From a bacterium (GTDB lineage: Bacteria > UBA8248), in NCBI GenBank assembly GCA_965207065.1, contig OZ242260.1:3360001-3424000 (forward strand): DNA of 64,000 nt, read 5' to 3'. The notes under the pieces were generated by a model that searched no databases, was not told the DNA's origin, and saw only the letters and a list, made by a program, of their open reading frames with translations. A program made the position numbers and the translations under genes. Numbering within the stretch: the stretch's first letter is position 1; each line of letters opens with the position of its first letter. This document shows, one piece after another, positions 26,893-36,688 of this stretch.

Positions 26893-29238
26893 ATGATGGA
26901 CTGGTCCACACTCCACTGGCCCGGCGGCGCACCCTGGTGGGTGCTCGTCATCGTTGCGGCCGGGCTGGGCTGGGCGCTCGTGCGCAGGCATCGCGATTTG
27001 TCCGAAAAACTCCCGATGCGGCGCGTCTGGATACTTCAGGTACTGAGGGGTCTGCTGTATGCGGCGGTCGTCTTTTTCCTCTCGGGCCCCACGCTGATCG
27101 ATAAACGCGAGCGCTCCCTGCCGCCCAAGCTGCTCGTGCTCCTCGACAGTTCGGCGAGCATGAGCGTTCAGGACGTGAACAGCAAGAAAGCGCGCATCGA
27201 TTTGGCGAAGGATTTTCTGCTGGTCCCGAAAAAGCTCGGAAAACCACAAACCCCCGAAGAGGAGGACGGGGGAGATGCGCCCACGAGCCTCCTCGCAGAC
27301 CTCAGAAAACTCTACGACGTGCAGCTCGCCCACTACGATGCCCGCAGAACCCCTGTTGGAGTCCGGGAATTTGCAAACATTAATGCCCAGGGTGTGGGCA
27401 GCGATCCCCTGGGAGCTATCCGCAGCGCTCTGCACAGCGCCCGGGAGTCGCGCGCTCCGGCCGGGGAGGAAGAGCGAAAAAACCAGGACGGACCCCTCGG
27501 CATCCTGATGCTCACAGACGGCGGCGACACGACCGAGGCGGTTCTTCCGCCCGGGGACGTGAAATCCTTTCCGCCCCTCATCGGGGTGGGTTTCGGAACG
27601 CCGGATTCTTTTCGCGACATCGCCATTCAGGACATACAGGCTCCGCGCATCGCCTTTCAGGGCAAAGAGATGAGTCTGGAGGTTACGCTTTCGGTGAAGG
27701 GCTATTCAGGCCGCAAGCTGCCAATCGCCTTGACGCGCGAGGGCCGCATCATCAGAACCCAGTCGATAGACGTCAGGCGCAGTCCGTTGCGCCGTCTCGT
27801 GAAATTCCACTTCACGCCGAACGAAGTGGGGAGCCAGGTGCTCGGCGTGGTCACGCCCGTTCAGCGCGGTGAAATCGTGGAGTCGAACAACCGCGTCGAG
27901 ATCCCCCTGGAGGTGAGGCGGGACAAGATTCGGGTGTTGACGATTACGGGTTCCCCCAACTGGAACTACCGCTTCTTGCGCATGGCGCTCAAGCGGGATC
28001 CCGCCATCGACCTCGTGTCGTTCGTCTTTCTGAGAACGTCAGAAGATGACCCGGGCGTTCCGACCAGGCACCTGAGCCTCGTGCCCTTCCCGGTGGACAA
28101 GCTGTTCCTGGAGGAACTCAAGAATTTCGAAATCGTGATTTTCGATAATTTCTCCGCCCAGGAGTATTTCAGCAACTACTACCTCGAGCGCGTGGGGGAA
28201 TACGTTCGCAATGGAGGCGCCTTGCTCATGTTCGGCGGCAGGCAATCCTTCAGTGCGGGCGGATATTACCGCAGCCCCATCGAGGATCTTCTGCCCGTGC
28301 GATTGCAGCAGCAGAGTGACTATCAGGATCAAAGGCGCCTGCTCGTTCAGCTGACGTCCACGGGCGGCAGACATCCCATCACGCAGCTATCCTCGGATTT
28401 GGAGGAAAATAAAAAAATATGGGCCGCTTTCCCTGCTTTGAGGCGCGTCAATTCAACGACGCCGTTCGGGAAGGGGCAGATTCTCGTTTCGACGAAAGAG
28501 GGGAAAGTGCCTCTGCTCGGCACGAAGCGGATCGGCGAGGGCAGGGTGGTGAGCATCTTCTCCGATGATATCTGGCGATGGAATTTCGGGATGGTGGCGG
28601 CGGAGAAGACGAATCGCCTTTACATCCGCCTGGTGGCGCAGATGATTCGCTGGCTCTCGGGCGACCCCGGAAGCTCGCAGGTCCAGATTATTCCCGAGGC
28701 GGAACAGGCGAAGGACGGAACCTACGTCCTCAGGATGCAGGTGAGGGACGAATCCTATCAGCCCGCCCAGGCGGCGCAGGTGCAGGTGCAGCTCCGCGAC
28801 CCCTATGGCGTCACCAGCCGGTATCGCGCGGCATACCGTCCGGATTCCCGGGAATTCGAGGTACGCTTCCGCCCCCGGGGGAACGGGAGTTACCGGGCGA
28901 GAATGACGGCCGTCCAGGGCGGGCAAGTCATCGGCGAGGCGGTGCGCACGATCGGCATCGGTCGCGAGGCGGGCAAGGCGGAGTGGGCCGACGTCAGCCC
29001 GCACTGGGAGAATCTGCAAACGCTGGCGAAACATACGGGCGGGTTGTTTTTCCGGGCCGACGCGGTGGGACAGGAAGATTTGACCGCCCGCGTCCTGGAG
29101 GCTTTGAAGGGCAAGGTGCCGCACAGGGTGATGGAGGTGCGTGACGTGAGGCTCTGGAGCATTCCCTGGATCGGGATGATTCTCATTCTGTTGCCGGCTC
29201 TGGAGTGGACCGCCCGCAGGCTTTGGGGGTTGGCTTGA
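26893..29238 (+). CDS. Membrane-anchored vWA / Ig-like / GATase1-like protein
   Basis: N-terminal TMs, LLDSSASMS and TDGGD (MIDAS-like), NN.V...VL.I.G.P.W.YRFLR, GGALLMFGG, LLPV, WRW, C-terminal LEW..RR.WGL. Confidence 0.8.
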   Translation: MMDWSTLHWPGGAPWWVLVIVAAGLGWALVRRHRDLSEKLPMRRVWILQVLRGLLYAAVVFFLSGPTLIDKRERSLPPKLLVLLDSSASMSVQDVNSKKARIDLAKDFLLVPKKLGKPQTPEEEDGGDAPTSLLADLRKLYDVQLAHYDARRTPVGVREFANINAQGVGSDPLGAIRSALHSARESRAPAGEEERKNQDGPLGILMLTDGGDTTEAVLPPGDVKSFPPLIGVGFGTPDSFRDIAIQDIQAPRIAFQGKEMSLEVTLSVKGYSGRKLPIALTREGRIIRTQSIDVRRSPLRRLVKFHFTPNEVGSQVLGVVTPVQRGEIVESNNRVEIPLEVRRDKIRVLTITGSPNWNYRFLRMALKRDPAIDLVSFVFLRTSEDDPGVPTRHLSLVPFPVDKLFLEELKNFEIVIFDNFSAQEYFSNYYLERVGEYVRNGGALLMFGGRQSFSAGGYYRSPIEDLLPVRLQQQSDYQDQRRLLVQLTSTGGRHPITQLSSDLEENKKIWAAFPALRRVNSTTPFGKGQILVSTKEGKVPLLGTKRIGEGRVVSIFSDDIWRWNFGMVAAEKTNRLYIRLVAQMIRWLSGDPGSSQVQIIPEAEQAKDGTYVLRMQVRDESYQPAQAAQVQVQLRDPYGVTSRYRAAYRPDSREFEVRFRPRGNGSYRARMTAVQGGQVIGEAVRTIGIGREAGKAEWADVSPHWENLQTLAKHTGGLFFRADAVGQEDLTARVLEALKGKVPHRVMEVRDVRLWSIPWIGMILILLPALEWTARRLWGLA

Positions 29239-29349
29239 GAGCGCGCAAGTCGGAGCGCGATATTTTTTGCGAACGTGCGGTAATTTTGGTCATGTAATAC
29301 AATTCAAATTTCTGCTCCTCGCCGTTCACTCATATAAGGGAAACGGGAG

Positions 29350-32300
29350 ATGGCTGAGCGATCTTTCAGGAAGATAATCGAGTTTCTCGATTCCGTAATT
29401 CACGCGCGCCTCAAAGTGAGGCGTCTCGAGGCAGGGATGGTTCTGTTGCTGGGCGTCCTGGCCGTTTTGCTGCTCGCACCGGCGGCGGTCGTCTCCCAGT
29501 TACAATTTGGATATTCCGCCATCATCTACGCCGGGCTGACGGTTCTTCTGCTGAGCGCGGCGCTCATCCGATGCTGGTGGCTGACGACCCGCCGACCGAG
29601 GCGCGAGAGGGTCGCCCTCGACATCGAAGAGACCCACCCGGACCTGGGCAGCAACCTCATCAGTTCGCTCCAGCTATTCCCGCGTAAAGGGGAGCTCGGC
29701 GGCGACGATCCCACTTCGCCCGCGCTTATCGACGCACTGGTGAACGACACCAGCCGGGAGGTGGAATCGCTCGAACCGGAGTCTTACGTCTCGCAGGCTG
29801 GATTCCAGAGGCTCGGGCGGCTCGCCGGCGTTCTGGCCATCGTCGTGATGCTCATGGCGTTCATCTGGCCGGGTCTCTATCCGCGCGCGGGTTATCTTCT
29901 GGCGAACGCGGCCGACCTCATGCCCTCGCGCATCACCCATCTGGAGATTTGGGCGGAGCGCACGACACTGCTTCCCGGAATGCCTGCGACCTTGGAAGTG
30001 AGAACCAGGGGGCGTGAGGCGGGTTCCGTGGAGTTGGAGGTGCGCCAGGGAGCTGAATCCGTGGCGAGCATCGCCATGGAGAAAACGGCTCCTCACCAAT
30101 TTCGCGCCCGCTGGCTGGCCGCGGGAGCTGATACGCAAATCACCGCGCGCACGGGCAGGTTCCGCTCCCGTACGATCGAGGTTCGCGTGGTCGCCCCGCC
30201 GAGGGTGGAGTCCATCGAGGTGGTTCAGTATCCGCCCGAATATACGAAGCTCAAACCCGGAAAGGGGAAGAACGGAGGCCACATTCGCGCCTATATGGGG
30301 TCCGAGGTTCAACTGGCCGTGAAGACGAACAAGCCGGTTCAGGAGGCGCTCATCGCGTTGGCCGACGGGTGGCGATTGCCCCTCAATCCCGCCGAAAGCG
30401 GCGATTCGCTGGGCGGCAAGATGATCCTGGGCGGCGCGGGCTCCTACCAGGTTCGGCTGAAGGATACGCACGGATTTTCGAATCTGGCGCCCCAGCGCTA
30501 CCAGATCGACATCATTCCCGACGCCTATCCCGATGTGCTGGTGACGCATCCGGGCAAGGACCTCACTGTGGAGGCCGACGAGCGGGTGACCGTGAAGTAC
30601 CGGGCGTCCGACGATTTCGGAGTCAGGGGCGTGTACCTCGAAGTCAGGCTCGGCAGCGGACGCCCGAGGAGAATCAAGGTATGGAGCGGCGAGAAACCCC
30701 AGAAAGACGTGCTCGGCCGCTATGAGTTCGACCTCAGGTCCATGGGCATCAAACCGGGGGGAGTTCTCTCCTACCGTTTCATTGCGCCCGACGTGGACAC
30801 GGTGAGCGGCCCCAAGTTCGGGACAAGTAAAATCTATCGGGTCAGCATCCGTGACAGGGAAGCCGTGATGGCCGGGCTCGACAGGAATCTGGGCGAAATT
30901 TCAAACGAGCTTCTCGATTTGCTGGGCGATTATCTGGAGAAGGACCTTCCGCCGGAAGAGAGGGCGAAAGAGGCGAAAGAAACCGGCCGGCTTGCAGGGA
31001 AAAACGGTTCCATCGAGGCGAAGGCCACAAAAATTATGGAGCGCATCAAGCGGACGAGAGCGATGCTCCGGCCCAAGAATCCGCGCGAGACGCTCTCCGA
31101 CATGGATCTTTCCACAATGGAAATACAACTGCGGAATGCGATTTCGGATTACCTCAAACCCCTCACGCGCTTGTCGAAGCTGGATAAGAACGCGAAGGCG
31201 GAAAGGGCAAGGCTGAAACGCGAAATAGCCGCCCGGCAGGAAGAGGCGACGGAAACGCTGGAGCGCCTCGCTACGATGGGTGAGGAAATGCAGCGCAACG
31301 TCCGGATGGACAGGGCGGGCCGCACGACGGAATCGATGATTCAACGACAAAGGTCTATCGAGCAGGCGCTGGAAAAGATGCGCAGTATGGGCGCCGACGA
31401 AGAAGCGGTCCGGCGTGTGGAAAGGGAGTTGAGAAAACTCAGGGAACAGTTGGGTGAGCTGATGCAGCAGATGGCTTCGCTGGCGCAGCGCATGCCGGCG
31501 GAGTTCATGAATCAGCGCAGCATGCGCGAGATGCCCATGCAGGACATGATGCGCTCATTCGAGAAGATTCGCGAGATGATGCGCCAAAACAATTTCCAGG
31601 GGGCGCTGGAGCAGCTCCGGCGCCTGATGAGCCAGTTGCAGAGGATGCGAATGGCATTGCGCGGGATGCAGCGCCAGCAGATGATGAGCCAGCGCGGCGG
31701 CAGGCCTATCCGGCGCCAGCAAAGCGAACTGGCCAAAATCGTGGAGGAGCAGCAGGCTATACTCGGCGAGACGGTGGGTGTTCTGGAGAACGTGGTGGAT
31801 CGCCTCGAGAAGAAATGGCCCGAAGACGTCGCCGCCGTGACGCGATACACGCGTGCGTATTGGAAAAAAAGCAGCGAGTCGGCCGCAAAGCCGCTCCCGT
31901 CCGATTGTTTCGTGGATGCCGAACCCGGGAAGCAAGCCGAACAGGCGAAAAAAACCGACCCGGCAGAGCCTGAGATTTCGATGCTGGGCAAGCCCGAACC
32001 GGTGAAGAAACTCACCCCGCAGGCGCGTGCCGAGAAAATTCAGCGCGAGAAGATGCGGGCGCTCTCCGAATTCGACGCTATGCTCAAAAGAGGAGAGTGG
32101 GGGGTCGTCTTCCAGAGGCTGCCGGAATGGTCGGCGACGCTCGCGGAATCGCCGTGTATCACTCCCGCGCAACTAGCGAAGAAAGAAGAGGCCGGGGCGG
32201 TGAGTAAAAAGTCGGACGAGCGGAAAGCGCCTGGGGGTTTGAATGATGCTGACGCCGCACCACCGGAGGAGGAAGCTTCTAGTAACGCGGAAGATGCCAA

Positions 32301-32955
32301 AACCGCACCCTGGAAAAAATTGGTCAAGGGTCTCGATGTGCTTTTGGATAAATCTGAAAAAGACGCGGGCGGGACGGAAATCGCGAAACTCGACGGCCTG
32401 CGCAAAAGACAGGAAAACCTGCGCAAGCGGTTGGGCGTTTTCGAGGGGCACCTGCGCCGAATGATGCAGGTGTACCCTTTCATCAACCCGAGCATCCTGC
32501 GCAGAATCGCCGAGGCGGGAGAGGCGATGAAAGAGGCCACGGCTTCTTTGGCGAAGCGCAGGTCTTCCCGTGCGGTGCCCCCCGAGGAGGAGGCGATACG
32601 CAAGCTCGCCGAGGGGCAGAACTCCATGCAGCAGGCCATGCAGCAGATGGCCCAGCGCGGCAACGTGGGTCTGGGCACGCCCAGGGGGTTCGGCGCTTTG
32701 GGGCCGGGCAGGGGCGGACAGCGGCCCTGGTGGTCCAGAAATCCGAATTTCCCCCAGCCGCGCGGCTCCAATGATCGGGGAAGGGAGGAGGACGGCAATC
32801 TCGGCACGCAGTTCAGCGAGGTGCTCATACCTGATCGGGAGCAATACAAGGTGCCCGCCAAATACAGGGAAGAGATTATGGAAGCCATGAAAGACGGCCT
32901 CCCTAAGGGGATGCGCGGCGAGATAGAAGACTATTTTGACAGGTTGACGAAATAA
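29350..32955 (+). CDS. DUF4175-like membrane protein with long coiled-coil C-terminus
   Basis: N-terminal TMs, L.SSLQL, YPPEYT, PD.YP.V, ASDDFGV, D.DTVSGP.G.S; Met/Gln/Arg-rich helices; C-terminal YF..L. Confidence 0.75.
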   Translation: MAERSFRKIIEFLDSVIHARLKVRRLEAGMVLLLGVLAVLLLAPAAVVSQLQFGYSAIIYAGLTVLLLSAALIRCWWLTTRRPRRERVALDIEETHPDLGSNLISSLQLFPRKGELGGDDPTSPALIDALVNDTSREVESLEPESYVSQAGFQRLGRLAGVLAIVVMLMAFIWPGLYPRAGYLLANAADLMPSRITHLEIWAERTTLLPGMPATLEVRTRGREAGSVELEVRQGAESVASIAMEKTAPHQFRARWLAAGADTQITARTGRFRSRTIEVRVVAPPRVESIEVVQYPPEYTKLKPGKGKNGGHIRAYMGSEVQLAVKTNKPVQEALIALADGWRLPLNPAESGDSLGGKMILGGAGSYQVRLKDTHGFSNLAPQRYQIDIIPDAYPDVLVTHPGKDLTVEADERVTVKYRASDDFGVRGVYLEVRLGSGRPRRIKVWSGEKPQKDVLGRYEFDLRSMGIKPGGVLSYRFIAPDVDTVSGPKFGTSKIYRVSIRDREAVMAGLDRNLGEISNELLDLLGDYLEKDLPPEERAKEAKETGRLAGKNGSIEAKATKIMERIKRTRAMLRPKNPRETLSDMDLSTMEIQLRNAISDYLKPLTRLSKLDKNAKAERARLKREIAARQEEATETLERLATMGEEMQRNVRMDRAGRTTESMIQRQRSIEQALEKMRSMGADEEAVRRVERELRKLREQLGELMQQMASLAQRMPAEFMNQRSMREMPMQDMMRSFEKIREMMRQNNFQGALEQLRRLMSQLQRMRMALRGMQRQQMMSQRGGRPIRRQQSELAKIVEEQQAILGETVGVLENVVDRLEKKWPEDVAAVTRYTRAYWKKSSESAAKPLPSDCFVDAEPGKQAEQAKKTDPAEPEISMLGKPEPVKKLTPQARAEKIQREKMRALSEFDAMLKRGEWGVVFQRLPEWSATLAESPCITPAQLAKKEEAGAVSKKSDERKAPGGLNDADAAPPEEEASSNAEDAKTAPWKKLVKGLDVLLDKSEKDAGGTEIAKLDGLRKRQENLRKRLGVFEGHLRRMMQVYPFINPSILRRIAEAGEAMKEATASLAKRRSSRAVPPEEEAIRKLAEGQNSMQQAMQQMAQRGNVGLGTPRGFGALGPGRGGQRPWWSRNPNFPQPRGSNDRGREEDGNLGTQFSEVLIPDREQYKVPAKYREEIMEAMKDGLPKGMRGEIEDYFDRLTK

Positions 32956-34673
32956 TGCCGAAAAAACTCCTCGCAATCTTCATTTGCGCTTTCGGGGTCG
33001 CGGTCTTCACGCCACCCGCATGGGCGCATACCGTCAACCGCGCGGTGCCTCTCTCCCAGGCCGTGGCGCGGCCCGATGGTTACCGCGCGGTGGTGGACGA
33101 GCTGCGTGCGTGGAATCTCACAGCCGCCAGGGAAAAGATCAAAGCGCTCGAGACCAAGGCTCCCGACTTGGCGGAATGGCTGGCGCTCTCGGGGGCTGCG
33201 GATTACCTGGAGGGCAAATATGCCGAGTCGCTCGCCAATCTCAACGCGGCCCTCAAAAAACGCCCGGGGGACAGTGAATGGCTCGAACTGAGGCTTCACG
33301 TGCGCCAGACGCAATCGGCGCTGAAAGGCTTCAAGTCATATAAGACGAAGCATTTCGACATCTGGTACGAACCGGGAGAAGACGCCGTATTACTGCCTTA
33401 CCTGGGCGATGCGCTGGAGAAGGCCTATGTGCGCTATGGCGAGGTATTGGGCGTGCGGCCCGCGCAGCGAATTCGTGTGGAGCTTTTTTCCGACACGGTC
33501 CGCTTTCACCGCTCATCCACGCTTTCGAGGCGCGACATCGAAGAGAAAGGCGCGGTCGGGGTCTGCAAGTTCAACAAGGTGATGTTTCTATCCCCGGGCG
33601 CGCTCCTTCGGGGCTATCGCTGGCTCGATACCGCAGCGCACGAATACGTCCACTACATCATCGTGCTGGCGACGAAGAATCGCGCCCCCATCTGGCTGCA
33701 CGAAGGCATCGCCAAGTATCTGGAAAAAAAATGGCGGAGCCAGGAAGCCGGCTTCCTGCACCCGGGCGAAGAAGCCTTGCTGTACAATGCGAGAAAAGAT
33801 AATGACTACGTTCCGTTCAAGAAAATGGAGCCGAGTCTCATCTACCTCGACACGCCGCAGCAGATACACCTCGCCTACGCGGAAGCGGCTTCAGCCGTGG
33901 ATTTCATCAACCGGAAAATGGGTGAGGGTGCGCTCGTTCGCCTGCTGGCGGGCATACGGGATGCGCCGCCGGCGCAAAGGCCGCAAGGAGCGCCTGCGCT
34001 CGGTGAGGAGAACCCCGGGATGCGTCATCAAAGACGGGCGAGCCTTGTTGAACTCGAATCCACCGGTCCACCCCAGAGTGCTGAGCCCGGGCTTCGCCTC
34101 CTCGCCGGAGTCGACCTGGGCGGGTTCGAGAGGCTCTGGATAGAGGATCTGAAAAAACTCCCCCTTCGAGAGCACGCGGGATCTCAGGTATCCCTGCCGA
34201 AGCTGAAACCGAAAGGGCCGATGGGCGAGCGCTCGATTGACTTGGCCGCGCTCAAGAACGAGGTGGCCAGAAGGCGCATGCGATTGGGCGACAGGCTCTC
34301 GTTCCGCGGAAGGATGCGCGCGGCGCTCATCGAGTATCGCCGCGCCCTTCGTGATGAGCCGAATTCCCAGCCCCTGCTCAACCGCGCTGCCCAGATCGAG
34401 ATACAACTGGGCATGATTCCCCAGGCGGAGCGCCACATTAAAAAAGCGCTGGAGGTGGACCCGGACTATGCGATGACGCACGTGCATCAGGCGCTGGCGA
34501 GCGAGATGGGCGGAAGGCCCGAGCGCGCCCTCATGGCGTGGGAGGAAGTGTTGCAGATCAATCCATTTATTCGAGTGGTTCATGAGCGCCTGCTGGCGCA
34601 TTACGAAAGAACGGGCGAGGCGGAAAAAGCGAAGCGAGAGCGTGAAGCCATACGCCTCATGTCTACCCGTTGA
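32955..34673 (+). CDS. Exported TPR-containing zinc metallopeptidase (MA clan, gluzincin-like)
   Basis: Signal peptide; AAHEYVH (HEXXH) followed by PIWLHEGIAKY and LAYAEA; TPR-like helices at both ends. Confidence 0.85.
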   Translation: MPKKLLAIFICAFGVAVFTPPAWAHTVNRAVPLSQAVARPDGYRAVVDELRAWNLTAAREKIKALETKAPDLAEWLALSGAADYLEGKYAESLANLNAALKKRPGDSEWLELRLHVRQTQSALKGFKSYKTKHFDIWYEPGEDAVLLPYLGDALEKAYVRYGEVLGVRPAQRIRVELFSDTVRFHRSSTLSRRDIEEKGAVGVCKFNKVMFLSPGALLRGYRWLDTAAHEYVHYIIVLATKNRAPIWLHEGIAKYLEKKWRSQEAGFLHPGEEALLYNARKDNDYVPFKKMEPSLIYLDTPQQIHLAYAEAASAVDFINRKMGEGALVRLLAGIRDAPPAQRPQGAPALGEENPGMRHQRRASLVELESTGPPQSAEPGLRLLAGVDLGGFERLWIEDLKKLPLREHAGSQVSLPKLKPKGPMGERSIDLAALKNEVARRRMRLGDRLSFRGRMRAALIEYRRALRDEPNSQPLLNRAAQIEIQLGMIPQAERHIKKALEVDPDYAMTHVHQALASEMGGRPERALMAWEEVLQINPFIRVVHERLLAHYERTGEAEKAKREREAIRLMSTR

Positions 34674-34694
34674 TCCCATCGAGAGGCGATACGA

Positions 34695-35747
34695 ATGGAC
34701 GACGTAACAAGCAGTGTGGGAAACGAAGAGTCGAGCATGAACGAGGTGGATGTGGAAATAGCGCGCGAGATAGGCGTGAAGCGCGACGCCATTCTCGAAC
34801 AGGTGCACAAGATCATCGTCGGCCAGGCGGAGGTCATCGATCTGGTGCTGATAGCCCTGCTCTCGAAAGGCCACTGTCTGCTGGTCGGCGTGCCGGGTCT
34901 GGCGAAAACCCTGCTCATACGCACCCTGGCCCGCGTGTTGCAACTCGACTTCAACCGCATCCAGTTCACGCCCGATTTGATGCCGTCGGACATCACGGGC
35001 ACGGACATACTGGACGACACCATGGAGGGGAGGCGCTCGTTCCGCTTCATTCGCGGACCCATCTTCACGCAGATTCTGCTGGCGGATGAGATCAACCGCA
35101 CTTCACCCAAAACGCAGGCGGCTCTTCTGCAGGCCATGCAGGAGTTGCACGTGACGGCCGGTGGACAGGCGCACTATCTGAACCCGCCGTTTTTCGTCCT
35201 GGCGACCCAGAATCCCGTGGAGCAGGAGGGCACCTACCCGCTGCCCGAAGCGCAATTGGACAGGTTCATGTTCGAGATCGGGGTATCATACCCGAGTCTG
35301 GCGGAGGAGAAGGAAATCGTCGCGCAGACGACCTCGAACTACGACCCCAAGCTCGAAGAGATTATGGACAACGACCAGATACTGGCGTTCCAGGAACTGG
35401 TGCGCCGTGTGCCGGCGGCTCCCTACGTGGTGGAATACGCGGTGTCGCTCGCGCGCGCATCCCGCCCCGACGATGAGAGTGCTCCTGATTTCGTTCGCCA
35501 ATACGTGGAGTGGGGTGCGGGGCCGCGGGCGAGCCAATACCTGATACTGGGAGCGCGGGCGCGGGCGCTGCTCCGGGGACGCTACGCCGCCACCATCGAG
35601 GACGTGCGGGCGCTGTCCGAACCCGTTCTGCGGCACCGGATTCTGGTGAACTTCCGGGGCCAGGCGGAAGGCCACGACTCCGTGTCCCTGATACGGCAAA
35701 TACTCGAAACCATCGCGCCCCCGGCGGAGGCTACCGAAGCCGCGTAA
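34695..35747 (+). CDS. moxR: MoxR-family AAA+ ATPase
   Basis: [63 protein letters not shown]. Confidence 0.96.
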   Translation: MDDVTSSVGNEESSMNEVDVEIAREIGVKRDAILEQVHKIIVGQAEVIDLVLIALLSKGHCLLVGVPGLAKTLLIRTLARVLQLDFNRIQFTPDLMPSDITGTDILDDTMEGRRSFRFIRGPIFTQILLADEINRTSPKTQAALLQAMQELHVTAGGQAHYLNPPFFVLATQNPVEQEGTYPLPEAQLDRFMFEIGVSYPSLAEEKEIVAQTTSNYDPKLEEIMDNDQILAFQELVRRVPAAPYVVEYAVSLARASRPDDESAPDFVRQYVEWGAGPRASQYLILGARARALLRGRYAATIEDVRALSEPVLRHRILVNFRGQAEGHDSVSLIRQILETIAPPAEATEAA

Positions 35748-35770
35748 ACGGCTGCTCAAAGGGAATCGGC

Positions 35771-36664
35771 TTGAACACGGATCAGTATTTCGACCCCCTC
35801 GTCATCTCACGATTGTCCAATCTCCAGCTACGCGCCCGTCACGTGGTCGAAGGCCTGATGAGCGGCGTGCACAGAAGCCGCTCGCGGGGATTCAGCGTCG
35901 ATTTCGAGGAACACAGGGCGTACAGCCCGGGTGACGAGCTCCGTCACATCGACTGGAAGGCTTATGGAAAATTCGACCGCTACCTCGTGAAGCAATATGA
36001 GGACGAGACGAACCTCTACGCGCATCTCGTCGTCGACGCCAGCGCCTCGATGGATTTCGGCGACGGGCCCCTGAGCAAGTATGCGTATGCGGCCACGCTC
36101 TCCTCGGCGATGGCGCATTTGCTGCTGGGCCAGTCCGATTCGGTGGGTCTGGTGGTTTCCCATGAATTCGAAGACATGCAGGTTCCGCCCAAATCCATTA
36201 GAAAACACTTGCTGACCCTGTTGGCGGGCCTTCAGGCGGCAACGCCAAGCGGGGGAACCGGTATCGCCCGTTCGATGCTTGCCGTGGCGGAGCGCTTGAA
36301 GCGAAGGGGACTCGTCATCATCGTTTCCGATTTGCTCGATGATCCCGAAGCCGTGGAAAAAGCGCTCAAACTGCTTTGTCTCAAGGGAAACGACGTCATC
36401 GTCTTCCATATTCTCGACAGCGTGGAGCTCGAGTTTCCCTTCGAAGGACTCGCCAGGATGGACGATGTCGAGACTGACAGGAACATTACGGTGGAATGTG
36501 AGGTGGTAAAGAGGCCCTATCTCGGTCTGTTGGAAGAGTTTTTAGAGCAAACGCGCGAGCGGTGTGCGGACCTGGGCGTGGATTATCATCTCGTCTCGAC
36601 GGCCGAGCCGCTGGACAGGGGCCTCATCCGCTTTCTGGCGTGGCGCAGCCGCTCGAGGGTATAG
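35771..36664 (+). CDS. DUF58 domain protein
   Basis: G.HRS...GFSVDFEEHRAY.PGDELRHIDWK, DASASM, SDLLD. Confidence 0.93.
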   Translation: MNTDQYFDPLVISRLSNLQLRARHVVEGLMSGVHRSRSRGFSVDFEEHRAYSPGDELRHIDWKAYGKFDRYLVKQYEDETNLYAHLVVDASASMDFGDGPLSKYAYAATLSSAMAHLLLGQSDSVGLVVSHEFEDMQVPPKSIRKHLLTLLAGLQAATPSGGTGIARSMLAVAERLKRRGLVIIVSDLLDDPEAVEKALKLLCLKGNDVIVFHILDSVELEFPFEGLARMDDVETDRNITVECEVVKRPYLGLLEEFLEQTRERCADLGVDYHLVSTAEPLDRGLIRFLAWRSRSRV

Positions 36665-36688
36665 CGGGGCGTTTGAGGAGAAGGAATC

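Noticed and set aside
26890-26895. In-frame TGA-ATG junction between DUF4159 and the vWA/GATase gene as readthrough
   Set aside because: Both proteins look complete and the second begins with its own membrane segments; ordinary tight packing.
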